Below are positions 25,471 to 33,475 of a DNA stretch of 40,936 bases, in pieces. The notes beneath the pieces are model-generated. The model was not told the DNA's origin and ran no database searches. It saw only the letters and a list, made by a program, of their open reading frames with translations. Every line of letters begins with the position of its first letter. The stretch's first letter is position 1. This stretch comes from a virus, in IMG/VR virus record IMGVR_UViG_3300002042_000002, positions 1 through 40,936 of that record; one strand, written 5' to 3'. Made by a program: the position numbers and the translations under genes.

Positions 25471-25743
25471 ATGGCTTTGCTCGATCACTTCGCGGGATTT
25501 ATTCTAGTATGTCTCGCTTTATCTATATTGCATCAATCCGGGAACTTCGGCGACAGGGAGAAGAGTTTCGGGCTCATATTAATTCGGGTCGCTGTCGCTC
25601 TTATAGGCTTTGCTGTCGGCGTTAATTTCATCTTCGAGCTAGTCCCTGTCTCTCACCTTGTCGGACTGATTTGGAAATCCTGCGTAGATCTGCTACTGGT
25701 AGGCGTCGTCCTTCTTCTGAAGAGGCGATTAAATCGTATCTAA
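25471..25743 (+). CDS. Second holin/antiholin-like membrane protein
   Basis: 90 aa with two or three hydrophobic segments and a basic C-terminus KRRLNRI. It is adjacent to the holin-like gene. Confidence 0.55.
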   Translation: MALLDHFAGFILVCLALSILHQSGNFGDREKSFGLILIRVAVALIGFAVGVNFIFELVPVSHLVGLIWKSCVDLLLVGVVLLLKRRLNRI

Positions 25744-25755
25744 CAGGAGAGACTT

Positions 25756-26043
25756 ATGTCCGAATTTATCAAGTTAACGCCAGAGCACAAAACCCGCATT
25801 ACTGAGATACTTACTCAGAACGGCTATCCGGCCCCTACTAATATTACATGCGAAGAAAACATTCTCCGCTATACGCCTAACTCACACGAGCGTAGCGCTA
25901 TGATCGCTACCAAGGCTCTAGAGGACGCTGGGCTAAATGTTGCCTATGACGGTGATCCTTCGACGACAGAGTGCGGGATAGATTACGACACAGATCCTCT
26001 CTCTGTTGTAATGATGGTGCAAGCTCCTCTCTTTAAAGAGTAG
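25756..26043 (+). CDS. Hypothetical soluble protein inside the lysis cassette (95 aa)
   Basis: An ORF with a GGAG RBS. Its stop overlaps the GTG of the next ORF by 1 nt. I recognise no motif. Confidence 0.55.
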   Translation: MSEFIKLTPEHKTRITEILTQNGYPAPTNITCEENILRYTPNSHERSAMIATKALEDAGLNVAYDGDPSTTECGIDYDTDPLSVVMMVQAPLFKE

Positions 26044-26810
26044 TGTTAAAGCTCCTCGAGATCCTCTTAGGCTTTTTCAATCGAAAAGATCCGGATCTCG
26101 AGGAAGCCTCTCAGACGCCCCCAGATCGCCCTTTTCCTTCTGAGAGCACCACTGGCATAGAAGAGGCGTCTCCCGTCGTCCCTGCCAGCGGAGATCAAGA
26201 GGAAAGCGACGTTAAAGACCCTCAGATCCTACAGGAGGACAGAATGCTCCCTAGAACTTCATTACGCGGCCGTATCGAGATCATGGCTAGCGAAGCTATT
26301 ATCTTAAATCGCTATCTCGACAGTAAGGGGATCTGGACTATAGCCGTCGGCGTAACGGCTTCGGCCGGGGCGAGCATAGATCCTCGAGTGTTTAAGGGCG
26401 TTATCACTCTGGAGAGGGCTGTAGACATGTTCCAGCACTTACTCCCGAAATATGAGAAGATCGTCTATAACCTTATGGACGGCCCAGACAAAGCCGCTGA
26501 GCTCGAGCAACACGAGTTTGACGCCCTCGTCTCGTTGGCTTGGAACGCCGGGAATATCAACAAGCCTATGACGCGCCGCCTTGCCCGTAGCGGCGATATA
26601 GCCGGAGCTATAGATATCTGGAGAGCGGATAGATCTCTCTGGAGCCGGAGAGATAAGGAAGTCGAGCTCGCCGCCCATGGGATCTACAGCGCGAAGACTG
26701 TCCTAGTAGGTATGGCGGATCCTAACGGACTTGTGCTACAGAGCACTATGAAGCGTCGTCGTGTCGATACTCTAATCGCTATGATGGAAAACCATGGAGG
26801 GCTTGCATAA
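26043..26810 (+). CDS. Endolysin, GH24 (T4/P22-type) lysozyme
   Basis: ASEAIILNRYLDSKGIWTIAVG has the E-x8-D-x5-T catalytic spacing of GH24 lysozymes. An alternative start, ATG 26244, is preceded by AGGAGGA; using it would remove a 67-aa acidic N-terminal extension. Confidence 0.85.
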   Translation: MLKLLEILLGFFNRKDPDLEEASQTPPDRPFPSESTTGIEEASPVVPASGDQEESDVKDPQILQEDRMLPRTSLRGRIEIMASEAIILNRYLDSKGIWTIAVGVTASAGASIDPRVFKGVITLERAVDMFQHLLPKYEKIVYNLMDGPDKAAELEQHEFDALVSLAWNAGNINKPMTRRLARSGDIAGAIDIWRADRSLWSRRDKEVELAAHGIYSAKTVLVGMADPNGLVLQSTMKRRRVDTLIAMMENHGGLA

Positions 26811-27265
26811 TGGGTTTTTTATTTGATCCTATACCGTTGCCCGGCAAGGCCATAATAGCCGGAGCTCTATTTGCTTCAGGCTTGATCGTCGGCGGCGTCG
26901 GAGTGCATAAAATGTGGAACGGCCATATTAAGGACGAGAAGATAAAGTCCCTCGAGGAGGAGCTCGAAGGATCGAAGGCCGCCCATAGAGCGGAAGAGCT
27001 TGTCTCTAAGGCCTATAAGGAAATTAACGACGGTTATACGAAAGCCATTAAGACGAAGGACGACGAGATCTCCTCCTACGCTCTGGCAAATGTGAACCTT
27101 GCTAATTCTCGAGCTGGATCTCGAGAGGTTATCTACAAAGAAGGAAAGACGATATCCAATGAAGAACAATCTAAAAACCCCAAAGATCCTATTAATTATT
27201 GCCTCGGCGTCGCTGTTAATGAGCGGATGCGGCTCTACGCCAATGGGGACACTGGAGCCCCCTAA
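26810..27265 (+). CDS. i-spanin (Rz-like)
   Basis: 151 aa. It has an N-terminal TM segment AIIAGALFASGLIVGGVGV followed by a charged coiled coil. TAATG overlap with the endolysin gene. Confidence 0.75.
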   Translation: MGFLFDPIPLPGKAIIAGALFASGLIVGGVGVHKMWNGHIKDEKIKSLEEELEGSKAAHRAEELVSKAYKEINDGYTKAIKTKDDEISSYALANVNLANSRAGSREVIYKEGKTISNEEQSKNPKDPINYCLGVAVNERMRLYANGDTGAP

Positions 27266-27593
27266 CTGTCCTCGCGCTGAAGGCCTTAACGATTGGAAGT
27301 CTATCCCTGCCACAACCTATCAAGAGGCTCCCGTACCGGATAGAGTTGGACGCGCCGTTCCTACAGAGGATTTATACGTCGTGATCGCAGAGGCGAGATC
27401 TGCTACCAATAAATATAATAAGGAAACTCTTCCTAATATCCGTAAGGCTGGAGAAAAGCAGGACGAGAAAGTCGAAGAGTACAATAGCAAGATCAAACGC
27501 CAAAACGCGACATGTGACAGCATTATAGAAAAGTGGATTAAGAAGTATAATCCGGAGAGAAGTAAGCTGGATAAGCTTCTCGGGCCGCTATAG
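27159..27593 (+). CDS. o-spanin (Rz1-like lipoprotein), overlapping the i-spanin in another frame
   Basis: ATG at 27159 is internal to track ORF 27099..27593. Translation starts MKNNLKTPKILLIIASASLLMSGC, giving lipobox LMSGC, and the mature N-terminus is Pro-rich. It starts inside the i-spanin gene. Confidence 0.75.
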   Translation: MKNNLKTPKILLIIASASLLMSGCGSTPMGTLEPPNCPRAEGLNDWKSIPATTYQEAPVPDRVGRAVPTEDLYVVIAEARSATNKYNKETLPNIRKAGEKQDEKVEEYNSKIKRQNATCDSIIEKWIKKYNPERSKLDKLLGPL

Positions 27594-27607
27594 CCGCTAT
27601 TTACAGC

Positions 27608-27627
27608 AATGTTTCACGTGAAACATT
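27608..27627. terminator. 20-bp perfect palindrome between convergent operons (candidate bidirectional terminator or binding site)
   Basis: AATGTTTCAC|GTGAAACATT read directly. It lies between the o-spanin stop (27593) and the stop of the leftward gene (27627-27629). Confidence 0.4.
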
Positions 27628-28040
27628 TATGATATTCTGAAACAGTACATGTCCTCAGCTTCGGACATTGCCTTAAATATCGCTCTCTTAATCTCTTCCC
27701 GGACGCTCTTCGTCTTTATAAGCCATACGACATACGAATATTTATAGGGATCGTTACAGAAGACGTCGTCCTTATACTCCTCGAGCGTAAGGCTCTTCTT
27801 CTCGAGATTGTTATAGCTCCAGTGCATGTCCTTTACGATCTGCTCTGGAGTGTATCGGCTAACTGGGCCGTGATCTGCCTTCGCTTCGCATGACAACAGA
27901 GTGAAGAGTAGCAGGCATACGAAGCCGATAGAGAAATGAACGATAATGCTTTCTCTGGATCCTCGCTCTTTAGATCTTAGCCAAGCGTATAGCGCGGCCG
28001 ATAAAACTAGAGCTCCTATGAAGAATAAAATCTGAGCCAT
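27627..28040 (-). CDS. Membrane protein (two TM segments plus a soluble domain), last gene of the leftward operon
   Basis: 137 aa. Hydrophobic segments are ILFFIGALVLSAALYAWL and IIVHFSIGFVCLLLFTLLS. Confidence 0.65.
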   Translation of the reverse strand: MAQILFFIGALVLSAALYAWLRSKERGSRESIIVHFSIGFVCLLLFTLLSCEAKADHGPVSRYTPEQIVKDMHWSYNNLEKKSLTLEEYKDDVFCNDPYKYSYVVWLIKTKSVREEIKRAIFKAMSEAEDMYCFRIS

Positions 28041-28333
28041 TATGAGCCCTCCTTACTTTTAAACATGTCCGCCGTATTAGGGCATCTTTCGTCCTGCTCT
28101 AGATATCCCGCTTCTCCAGCGGAGCTAACGTAAGCAGAACACGTAGCGTTGCCAAATTTATTAATATGCCACTCTTCCGGCTGTTCGTCGCCTTCGCAAA
28201 CAGGCTCTCTAAAGTCCTCTATAATCCAGCATCCTTCGACGTCGTCTTTATCGCACTTACTGCATAGAGCTTTCATAAATGCGACGAGCTCGTCTCCGTC
28301 TTTAGGAGTGTAGCTATCGCCGGGCTTTCTCAT
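28040..28333 (-). CDS. Hypothetical Cys-rich acidic protein (97 aa)
   Basis: The internal ATG at 28333 forms an ATGA overlap with the upstream stop. The protein contains CSKCDKDD...C...C. Confidence 0.6.
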   Translation of the reverse strand: MRKPGDSYTPKDGDELVAFMKALCSKCDKDDVEGCWIIEDFREPVCEGDEQPEEWHINKFGNATCSAYVSSAGEAGYLEQDERCPNTADMFKSKEGS

Positions 28334-28980
28334 ATCAAAACTTCCTGAGGGCTCTTCTGAGACTTGGAATATTTCACCATCCACGGCTTAGGCTCCGGAA
28401 GAGCCTCTGAGCTCTCCTCCCATTTGAAATACGAGAGCTTCCCTGTTGTCTTACCCTTCGGCCGATATGGAAGAGGATCTCTGAGGACAAGGCCTCTCGG
28501 CCCCATAAACCAAGGGCTAGCATGATCGTTAACGATCCGGGTAACTGTAACGCCGCCGATTATACAGCCTCGTAGAAGCTCGTCTGGAGCCGGACAATCA
28601 ATCCCGCAATGCTCTAGCATATAGAGCCGCGCGTTCTCGTAATCCTTCTGAGAGACGCCCTGAGCGGCATGTATGGCTATCCTCTTAGGCTCCATTTCGC
28701 CCTTAGTGATCGCGTAAGAGGATCTGTTCTCGATATCCTTCCCGGCATAGATGATCGCCCATGCCCACGGCTGGCGGACAGACAGCGCTATAGAGGGCGG
28801 ATCGTAAGACGCAATCTTAATGTCCCGTATGTCCTTCTCTTCCAGCTCGTAGCGCTCCTGAGCTCGCTCCTTAGCCTGCTTTGAGCTTATGGCGTGGATC
28901 TGTAGGGAAAGCGCTTCAAACTCCGCTACAGCCTCCAGAGACAGCCCTATGTCCCATAATATCTCTTGCGGGTATATCAT
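28330..28980 (-). CDS. ASCH (PUA-like) domain protein with a ~65-aa N-terminal extension
   Basis: SVRQPWAWAIIYAGKDIENRS ... RIAIHAA is the typical ASCH-domain signature seen in phage proteins. Confidence 0.6.
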   Translation of the reverse strand: MIYPQEILWDIGLSLEAVAEFEALSLQIHAISSKQAKERAQERYELEEKDIRDIKIASYDPPSIALSVRQPWAWAIIYAGKDIENRSSYAITKGEMEPKRIAIHAAQGVSQKDYENARLYMLEHCGIDCPAPDELLRGCIIGGVTVTRIVNDHASPWFMGPRGLVLRDPLPYRPKGKTTGKLSYFKWEESSEALPEPKPWMVKYSKSQKSPQEVLI

Positions 28981-29480
28981 GCCTTACCCTCCGCTATCGC
29001 CATGCAAGCAAGGATAACGCCGTCCTTCTGTTGCCGCTGGGCTTCCATGCCTCGGAACATGCTATCAGCGCGGGACTTCTCTTGTTCATATTTGTTGCGA
29101 TAGAGGTCTCGTTTAGTACGTGCTTCTCCAAGATCGTCTAGATACCCGAGAGACTGATCTACTATCTTATTAACAGTGTCTCTCGCTACGCCGAGCTCTT
29201 CGTTACGGCGGATTAAGTCTCCCTGAAGATCTAGGACTTGCTCCTGTAGATCTGCGATCATTTCTGCGTCGTCCTTCCGGAGGCCTCTAGTCCGCTTCAG
29301 GACATGCCCGGCGCTATTGAGAACCTTCCGGACGGCCGCGTTATCGACTTCTAGATATCGAATATAGGACATAACCTCAGTAAGTGTCGTAAACGATATA
29401 GCAGGAGCCGCTCCGCTATCGAGAGAGATATCCTTCGCAGTTTGAAGAATGAGGGCTAAGTGTTTAAATTCAGGTTTCAT
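28977..29480 (-). CDS. Hypothetical coiled-coil protein (167 aa)
   Basis: The ORF overlaps the downstream gene by ATGA. It looks helical and charged. Confidence 0.65.
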   Translation of the reverse strand: MKPEFKHLALILQTAKDISLDSGAAPAISFTTLTEVMSYIRYLEVDNAAVRKVLNSAGHVLKRTRGLRKDDAEMIADLQEQVLDLQGDLIRRNEELGVARDTVNKIVDQSLGYLDDLGEARTKRDLYRNKYEQEKSRADSMFRGMEAQRQQKDGVILACMAIAEGKA

Positions 29481-29491
29481 GTGTCTTTCCT

Positions 29492-29593
29492 TTAACTTAT
29501 GAAAATGTAGATAATAGCTCCCCAGAGCAATAGAGCGAAGGGAAGCCAGATAACGAGAGCTCTCTTTAAGCCGTCGCTGTTTTTATGTTTCAT
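29492..29593 (-). CDS. 33-aa single-TM peptide
   Basis: A strong AAAGGAGG RBS lies 7 nt upstream of the ATG. Translation is MKHKNSDGLKRALVIWLPFALLLWGAIIYIFIS. It is not in the ORF track. Confidence 0.5.
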   Translation of the reverse strand: MKHKNSDGLKRALVIWLPFALLLWGAIIYIFIS

Positions 29594-29604
29594 ATAAACC
29601 TCCT

Positions 29605-29817
29605 TTAGTGTTTCCCGGCTTTGATTTGCTTCATTACTCGACGGTATATTTTAGCTCTCTCTCGCCGCCGTATTTCCTTCCATAGAAACTCTATAACACG
29701 CTCCGCCGCCTCGCCCCTTGGAATGTAAGCCGGATCTTCTGCCTCCGCGCATTGCTCAGCGTAATATCGCAGACCGTCGATACCTTCCTGAAGATCGTCT
29801 TTAGTGCATTTTTTCAT
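29605..29817 (-). CDS. Hypothetical protein (70 aa)
   Basis: The ORF is packed in the operon and its start overlaps the upstream stop. Confidence 0.6.
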   Translation of the reverse strand: MKKCTKDDLQEGIDGLRYYAEQCAEAEDPAYIPRGEAAERVIEFLWKEIRRRERAKIYRRVMKQIKAGKH

Positions 29818-30176
29818 TAGCTTACGTCCTCGTCGTCTTCGGCGGCCGTATTGAATGCCTTATTCCTAAAGCTCATTTTGTATCGCTCGCGCATAAAGCG
29901 GAGAGCGTGTTTCCAGTTTTTATATCCACCTTTAGGGGCGGAGCATGGCTCGGCGAATGTCCGCGTCTCGCCGTCCATTTGATATGTCTCTCCATGCGTC
30001 GGATAGAAGCTCGGGTGATATAGGGTGAAGCCGGATGTAAAGATCGTTTTATCAATCTCGAGGCGGCCGGGGCCGAGGTCACTCGCTACGACAGCGATAC
30101 GAGCTTTAGTACGCTCCGCGCCTTCTGCGAATTTCTTGTACTCCTGTAGATCCTTAGGGACTGGGCTGTCTGACAT
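29817..30176 (-). CDS. Hypothetical protein (119 aa)
   Basis: The ORF is packed in the operon. I recognise no motif. Confidence 0.6.
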   Translation of the reverse strand: MSDSPVPKDLQEYKKFAEGAERTKARIAVVASDLGPGRLEIDKTIFTSGFTLYHPSFYPTHGETYQMDGETRTFAEPCSAPKGGYKNWKHALRFMRERYKMSFRNKAFNTAAEDDEDVS

Positions 30177-30772
30177 TATCCTCTATCCTTCTTCTGGAAG
30201 CCTCTACTCTGGATCTTCCTCCCTTTAGGCCAATTAGAGCGGCCTTTGTTTCCCCAGCCTTGGCCGCTGGAGAGTTTTTTCTTCCCGTATGACTTTGGGA
30301 GGGGCTTTCCGTCTAGGATCCCCTGAGCACGTCTTAGACGAGCTACCTTGCCCTCTCTGGGCGTCTCGAGCGCGTCTGCTACTGCCTTATTACAAGCGTA
30401 ATGCCATGGGCCGCAGTTCTTCCGGGTATGGCCGCCGCTATTAGCGAAGTTAATCATATGGCCTAGAACACAGCTCATAGGATCTTGTCCGCTCTTAGTG
30501 ACGTCCACTCGCTTAAAGCAATGCGGACATGTCCAGTTATGCTCCTCGTAAACCTCGATAGGGTCGAAGTCCTCTATCTCGATAAGCGTATGAAGGAAGC
30601 GCGGATCCGAGATCTCGTCGTTAAGCGCTATAAGATCTTCATTCCTGCGCCTCGCCCGGCCCATATGAGCGCGGCCGTTTTTTCGAAGCCGGGCAATAGT
30701 TCCCGGCTTCAATACTTCTATGTCTTCTCGAGTGAGAGGAATTGACGGATCTAAATGGAGCGCAAGAGCCAT
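30176..30772 (-). CDS. HNH-type nuclease with a basic C-terminal tail
   Basis: CPHCFKRVD...GHMINFANSGGHTRKNCGPWHYACN fits the C..C / H / N / H..CN pattern of HNH nucleases. Confidence 0.55.
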   Translation of the reverse strand: MALALHLDPSIPLTREDIEVLKPGTIARLRKNGRAHMGRARRRNEDLIALNDEISDPRFLHTLIEIEDFDPIEVYEEHNWTCPHCFKRVDVTKSGQDPMSCVLGHMINFANSGGHTRKNCGPWHYACNKAVADALETPREGKVARLRRAQGILDGKPLPKSYGKKKLSSGQGWGNKGRSNWPKGRKIQSRGFQKKDRG

Positions 30773-30773
30773 G

Positions 30774-30860
30774 CTATATACTCAGCATCAACAGGAAGCC
30801 TACGATCAAAGCCCCCAGAGCGTAACAGAAACGCTCTTTCCATGTGCGAGGGCGGATCAC
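30774..30860 (-). CDS. Possible 28-aa TM micropeptide
   Basis: A GTG start overlaps the recT stop (GTGA). Translation is (M)IRPRTWKERFCYALGALIVGFLLMLSI. The call is speculative. Confidence 0.2.
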   Translation of the reverse strand: MIRPRTWKERFCYALGALIVGFLLMLSI

Positions 30861-32212
30861 TCTCCGGCCTCTTTAAGCGCTTCTATAGTTGTCTCAGTCG
30901 TCGTAATGACGTCGGCCTTCTGAGCTTCGTCCAGAGCGACAAACCACTCTAGATCTTGTTCTATCGGCCAAGCCTCCGAGATCATTTCGTAAGTAGTTTC
31001 TTTATCGTCGCAGTATGATAGCCAGTCCCGAGCCTCTTCGGGAAGCTCGACAGACGAGGGCTTGGGGGATCCCTCGTCTGTCTCAGCGGCCGGGGCGCTG
31101 TGGCCGCTGGGATCTTCTGTCGAATTGTCTTCCTTTTTCGACGTTGCAAACTTCTCTATCATTGCAAGGCTCAAATAGCAAAGCTCTCCAGTATCGTTAA
31201 GAGCCGGGCGATCATATTTAGCGTCCGGTTTAGAAGGGTCGAAGTCCTGCTTAATTCCCCGGAAGGTTCTATATGTAACGCCTTTGAAATAAACCACTTC
31301 CGGCTCTTCTCGCTCGTCGCTCTCGACAGTGCCGTACTCTTCCCGGCCGTAGCCGAAGAACTCACAGAACGCCTCTAGGTTCTCTTTGAAGGCGTCCGGA
31401 CGATCAATAAGCAGAAGCTTAGACGGCCGCTCAGTCTCCTCTCCGCTGTCCTCAGGATGATCCTCGAGTATTACCGCGTCTTCGACGTCTTCGTCCTCGA
31501 GGCTCTCAGGGATCGTCTCAGGCTCCTCTACGGTGTCTTCCGGAATGTTGCCTTTTAGCTTCTGGGCTAGACGAGAGGGCTTGTCCGCGTCTTCCTCGGC
31601 CGTCTGGATCGTAACGACGTGATCTTCCATTTCCTCGACAACCTGAAGCCCGTACATTTCGTCGGAGCAAGCGTCGCGGACAGCCCAGCTTATAGCGCGT
31701 CTCCAGATCATGCGTTCCGGATATTTCCACCATGGGCTATCGTTCTTAGTTTCGTAATGCTCGCGCTTCTGTCTATTCCATCGTTTAACGATAGCCTCAG
31801 TCTCCCAGAGCCCGGCTCTCTTTGCCATGGCTACAGAGAAGCTTCTCTCGATAACCGTCCCAGTATCTTCTCGAGTGATCTTACAGGTGACTTTGTAATC
31901 TTCGTCCTCGACGGATCCTGTAATCGTTTCCTCGAGCTTATGCCCGGCTCTATGAAGTATCGCTGTAAGGCCGTCGGCATAAACGGAGGGCTTGTCATTT
32001 ATGACTGTGATATTCGCTAGAGCTTGTGTCTCACTCCAGCCCATGTCCCGGCCCATAAGGATTATATACATTAGCGCTTTTGCGTTCTTTACGCTCTTCG
32101 GGATCATTCCGGACTGGAATAGCTTCTGAGACAGCTCCCATATGTCCGCTTGCTCGTCGCTCGTCGGCGTTGTTGTTTTGCGTACCGCTACGGCTTTCTG
32201 TTGTTGTGACAT
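30857..32212 (-). CDS. recT: RecT-family single-strand annealing protein with a ~250-aa acidic C-terminal extension
   Basis: The N-terminal ~200 aa (SGMIPKSVKNAKALMYIILMGRDMGWSETQALANITVINDKPSVYADGL ... WWKYPERMIWRRAISWAVRD) look like RecT. An exonuclease partner lies upstream. Confidence 0.7.
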   Translation of the reverse strand: MSQQQKAVAVRKTTTPTSDEQADIWELSQKLFQSGMIPKSVKNAKALMYIILMGRDMGWSETQALANITVINDKPSVYADGLTAILHRAGHKLEETITGSVEDEDYKVTCKITREDTGTVIERSFSVAMAKRAGLWETEAIVKRWNRQKREHYETKNDSPWWKYPERMIWRRAISWAVRDACSDEMYGLQVVEEMEDHVVTIQTAEEDADKPSRLAQKLKGNIPEDTVEEPETIPESLEDEDVEDAVILEDHPEDSGEETERPSKLLLIDRPDAFKENLEAFCEFFGYGREEYGTVESDEREEPEVVYFKGVTYRTFRGIKQDFDPSKPDAKYDRPALNDTGELCYLSLAMIEKFATSKKEDNSTEDPSGHSAPAAETDEGSPKPSSVELPEEARDWLSYCDDKETTYEMISEAWPIEQDLEWFVALDEAQKADVITTTETTIEALKEAGE

Positions 32213-32213
32213 G

Positions 32214-32447
32214 TTATATATCCCCGGCGAGCTGGAGGCTGTGGATAGCGTCTTCTACGCTACCCTTAGCTTCTGTTAATTGATCTGCGGCCTGCTCCGC
32301 TTGTTGGCCGCGCTCAGATCCTTGTAGGTTTTCTGGCATATTGTCGAAATACTCTTGCTCTTCGTCTGCTATAGTTTCTAAATCCGAGTTAATTTCTTCC
32401 AGTGTTTCTACGGCCTTCGCTATGGCCTCTCTTCTATCTTTATTCAT
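32214..32447 (-). CDS. Small, very acidic helical protein (77 aa)
   Basis: Contains DEEQEYFDNMPENLQGSERGQQAEQAADQL. It is wedged between the exonuclease gene and recT, overlapping the exonuclease gene's stop at its start and ending 1 nt before the recT start. Confidence 0.65.
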   Translation of the reverse strand: MNKDRREAIAKAVETLEEINSDLETIADEEQEYFDNMPENLQGSERGQQAEQAADQLTEAKGSVEDAIHSLQLAGDI

Positions 32448-33457
32448 GGTTTTACGATCCTCATTTTACCGTCTAGATTTGGGAGTATTCCCTTTTTAAT
32501 TAGTAGCTCGAGCTTCTCCTCTGTCCGGTTAGAATATCCGGGAGGATTGTAAGTTACGATCTCGTCCGTATAGCCGTCCCATTGTCCGCCTATGACTTGG
32601 CGGCCTTTTGCGAATTGCTGAGCTCCATATAGAGCCTTGGCCGCTAGCTTGTGCATGAAGTCATTTTTCAGCTCGATAACGGTTATCCCGTATGGAGCCT
32701 CTGTCTTCTGGAAGACGAGAGCGAAGTCGAGATCTCCGAAGTTCAATCCTAAGAGACGACATGCCACTAGAGCGCAACAGGCGAGCTTTACGTCATAGCC
32801 CATATTCTCGATCTGCTTTTTACAGGCGTCCGGGGAATTGTTGAAACATGTCTTATAGTCGCTGAAGATGTTATCGGCGATCCGGACACGCTTCGTCTTC
32901 TTGTCCTCGTAAACCGGGAGCATATCTGGACGGGTCTTAATGACGACGCCGCTCTCGTCCTCTATGAAGAGAGAGATCTCCGGCTCGCCAACCTCGAATA
33001 GTGTAGAGGCTAGCGTATGATCCTTAATACGTCTCGCCATGGCGTCCACTCGAGCGACGTCTTTTAGATTGATAGTGGTTAAGCCCTTTTGCGCCTCTTG
33101 CACCCAGCGCCAGTGCTTAGCGTCTTCAGATCGCATTGTTTTCCACTTCGGAGGCCATGGGATATAATCGTCTATCCACTTCTGCGGCTCTAAGATTTTC
33201 GTATGAGCGGCCGTACCAAATCTAAAGCATTCTTTGTGGAGGGCGATCTGTCGCTTATTGTTTTGATTGTCCTCGTTATAGTAGCTCTCTACCCAGTATT
33301 CCTCTCCATTCTCGGACAGCTTATAACAGTCGCCGGAAGAGACGCTCTCTTTCCAAGCGCAATCGCTATGATATGTCGAGAGTGGCATACGGTAGAGGCC
33401 GGGCTTCATAACCTTAGCGCCGGGCTCTAGGTCGATTATAGATAGAGATTTAGTCAT
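32444..33457 (-). CDS. PD-(D/E)XK exonuclease (RecE/exonuclease VIII-like), partner of RecT
   Basis: 337 aa. The motifs GTAAHTKILEP, KTRPDMLPV and IFSDYKTC fit the D...(D/E)xK nuclease pattern. Synteny with recT supports the call. Confidence 0.6.
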   Translation of the reverse strand: MTKSLSIIDLEPGAKVMKPGLYRMPLSTYHSDCAWKESVSSGDCYKLSENGEEYWVESYYNEDNQNNKRQIALHKECFRFGTAAHTKILEPQKWIDDYIPWPPKWKTMRSEDAKHWRWVQEAQKGLTTINLKDVARVDAMARRIKDHTLASTLFEVGEPEISLFIEDESGVVIKTRPDMLPVYEDKKTKRVRIADNIFSDYKTCFNNSPDACKKQIENMGYDVKLACCALVACRLLGLNFGDLDFALVFQKTEAPYGITVIELKNDFMHKLAAKALYGAQQFAKGRQVIGGQWDGYTDEIVTYNPPGYSNRTEEKLELLIKKGILPNLDGKMRIVKP

Positions 33458-33475
33458 GTATCTTTCTTTCTTAGG

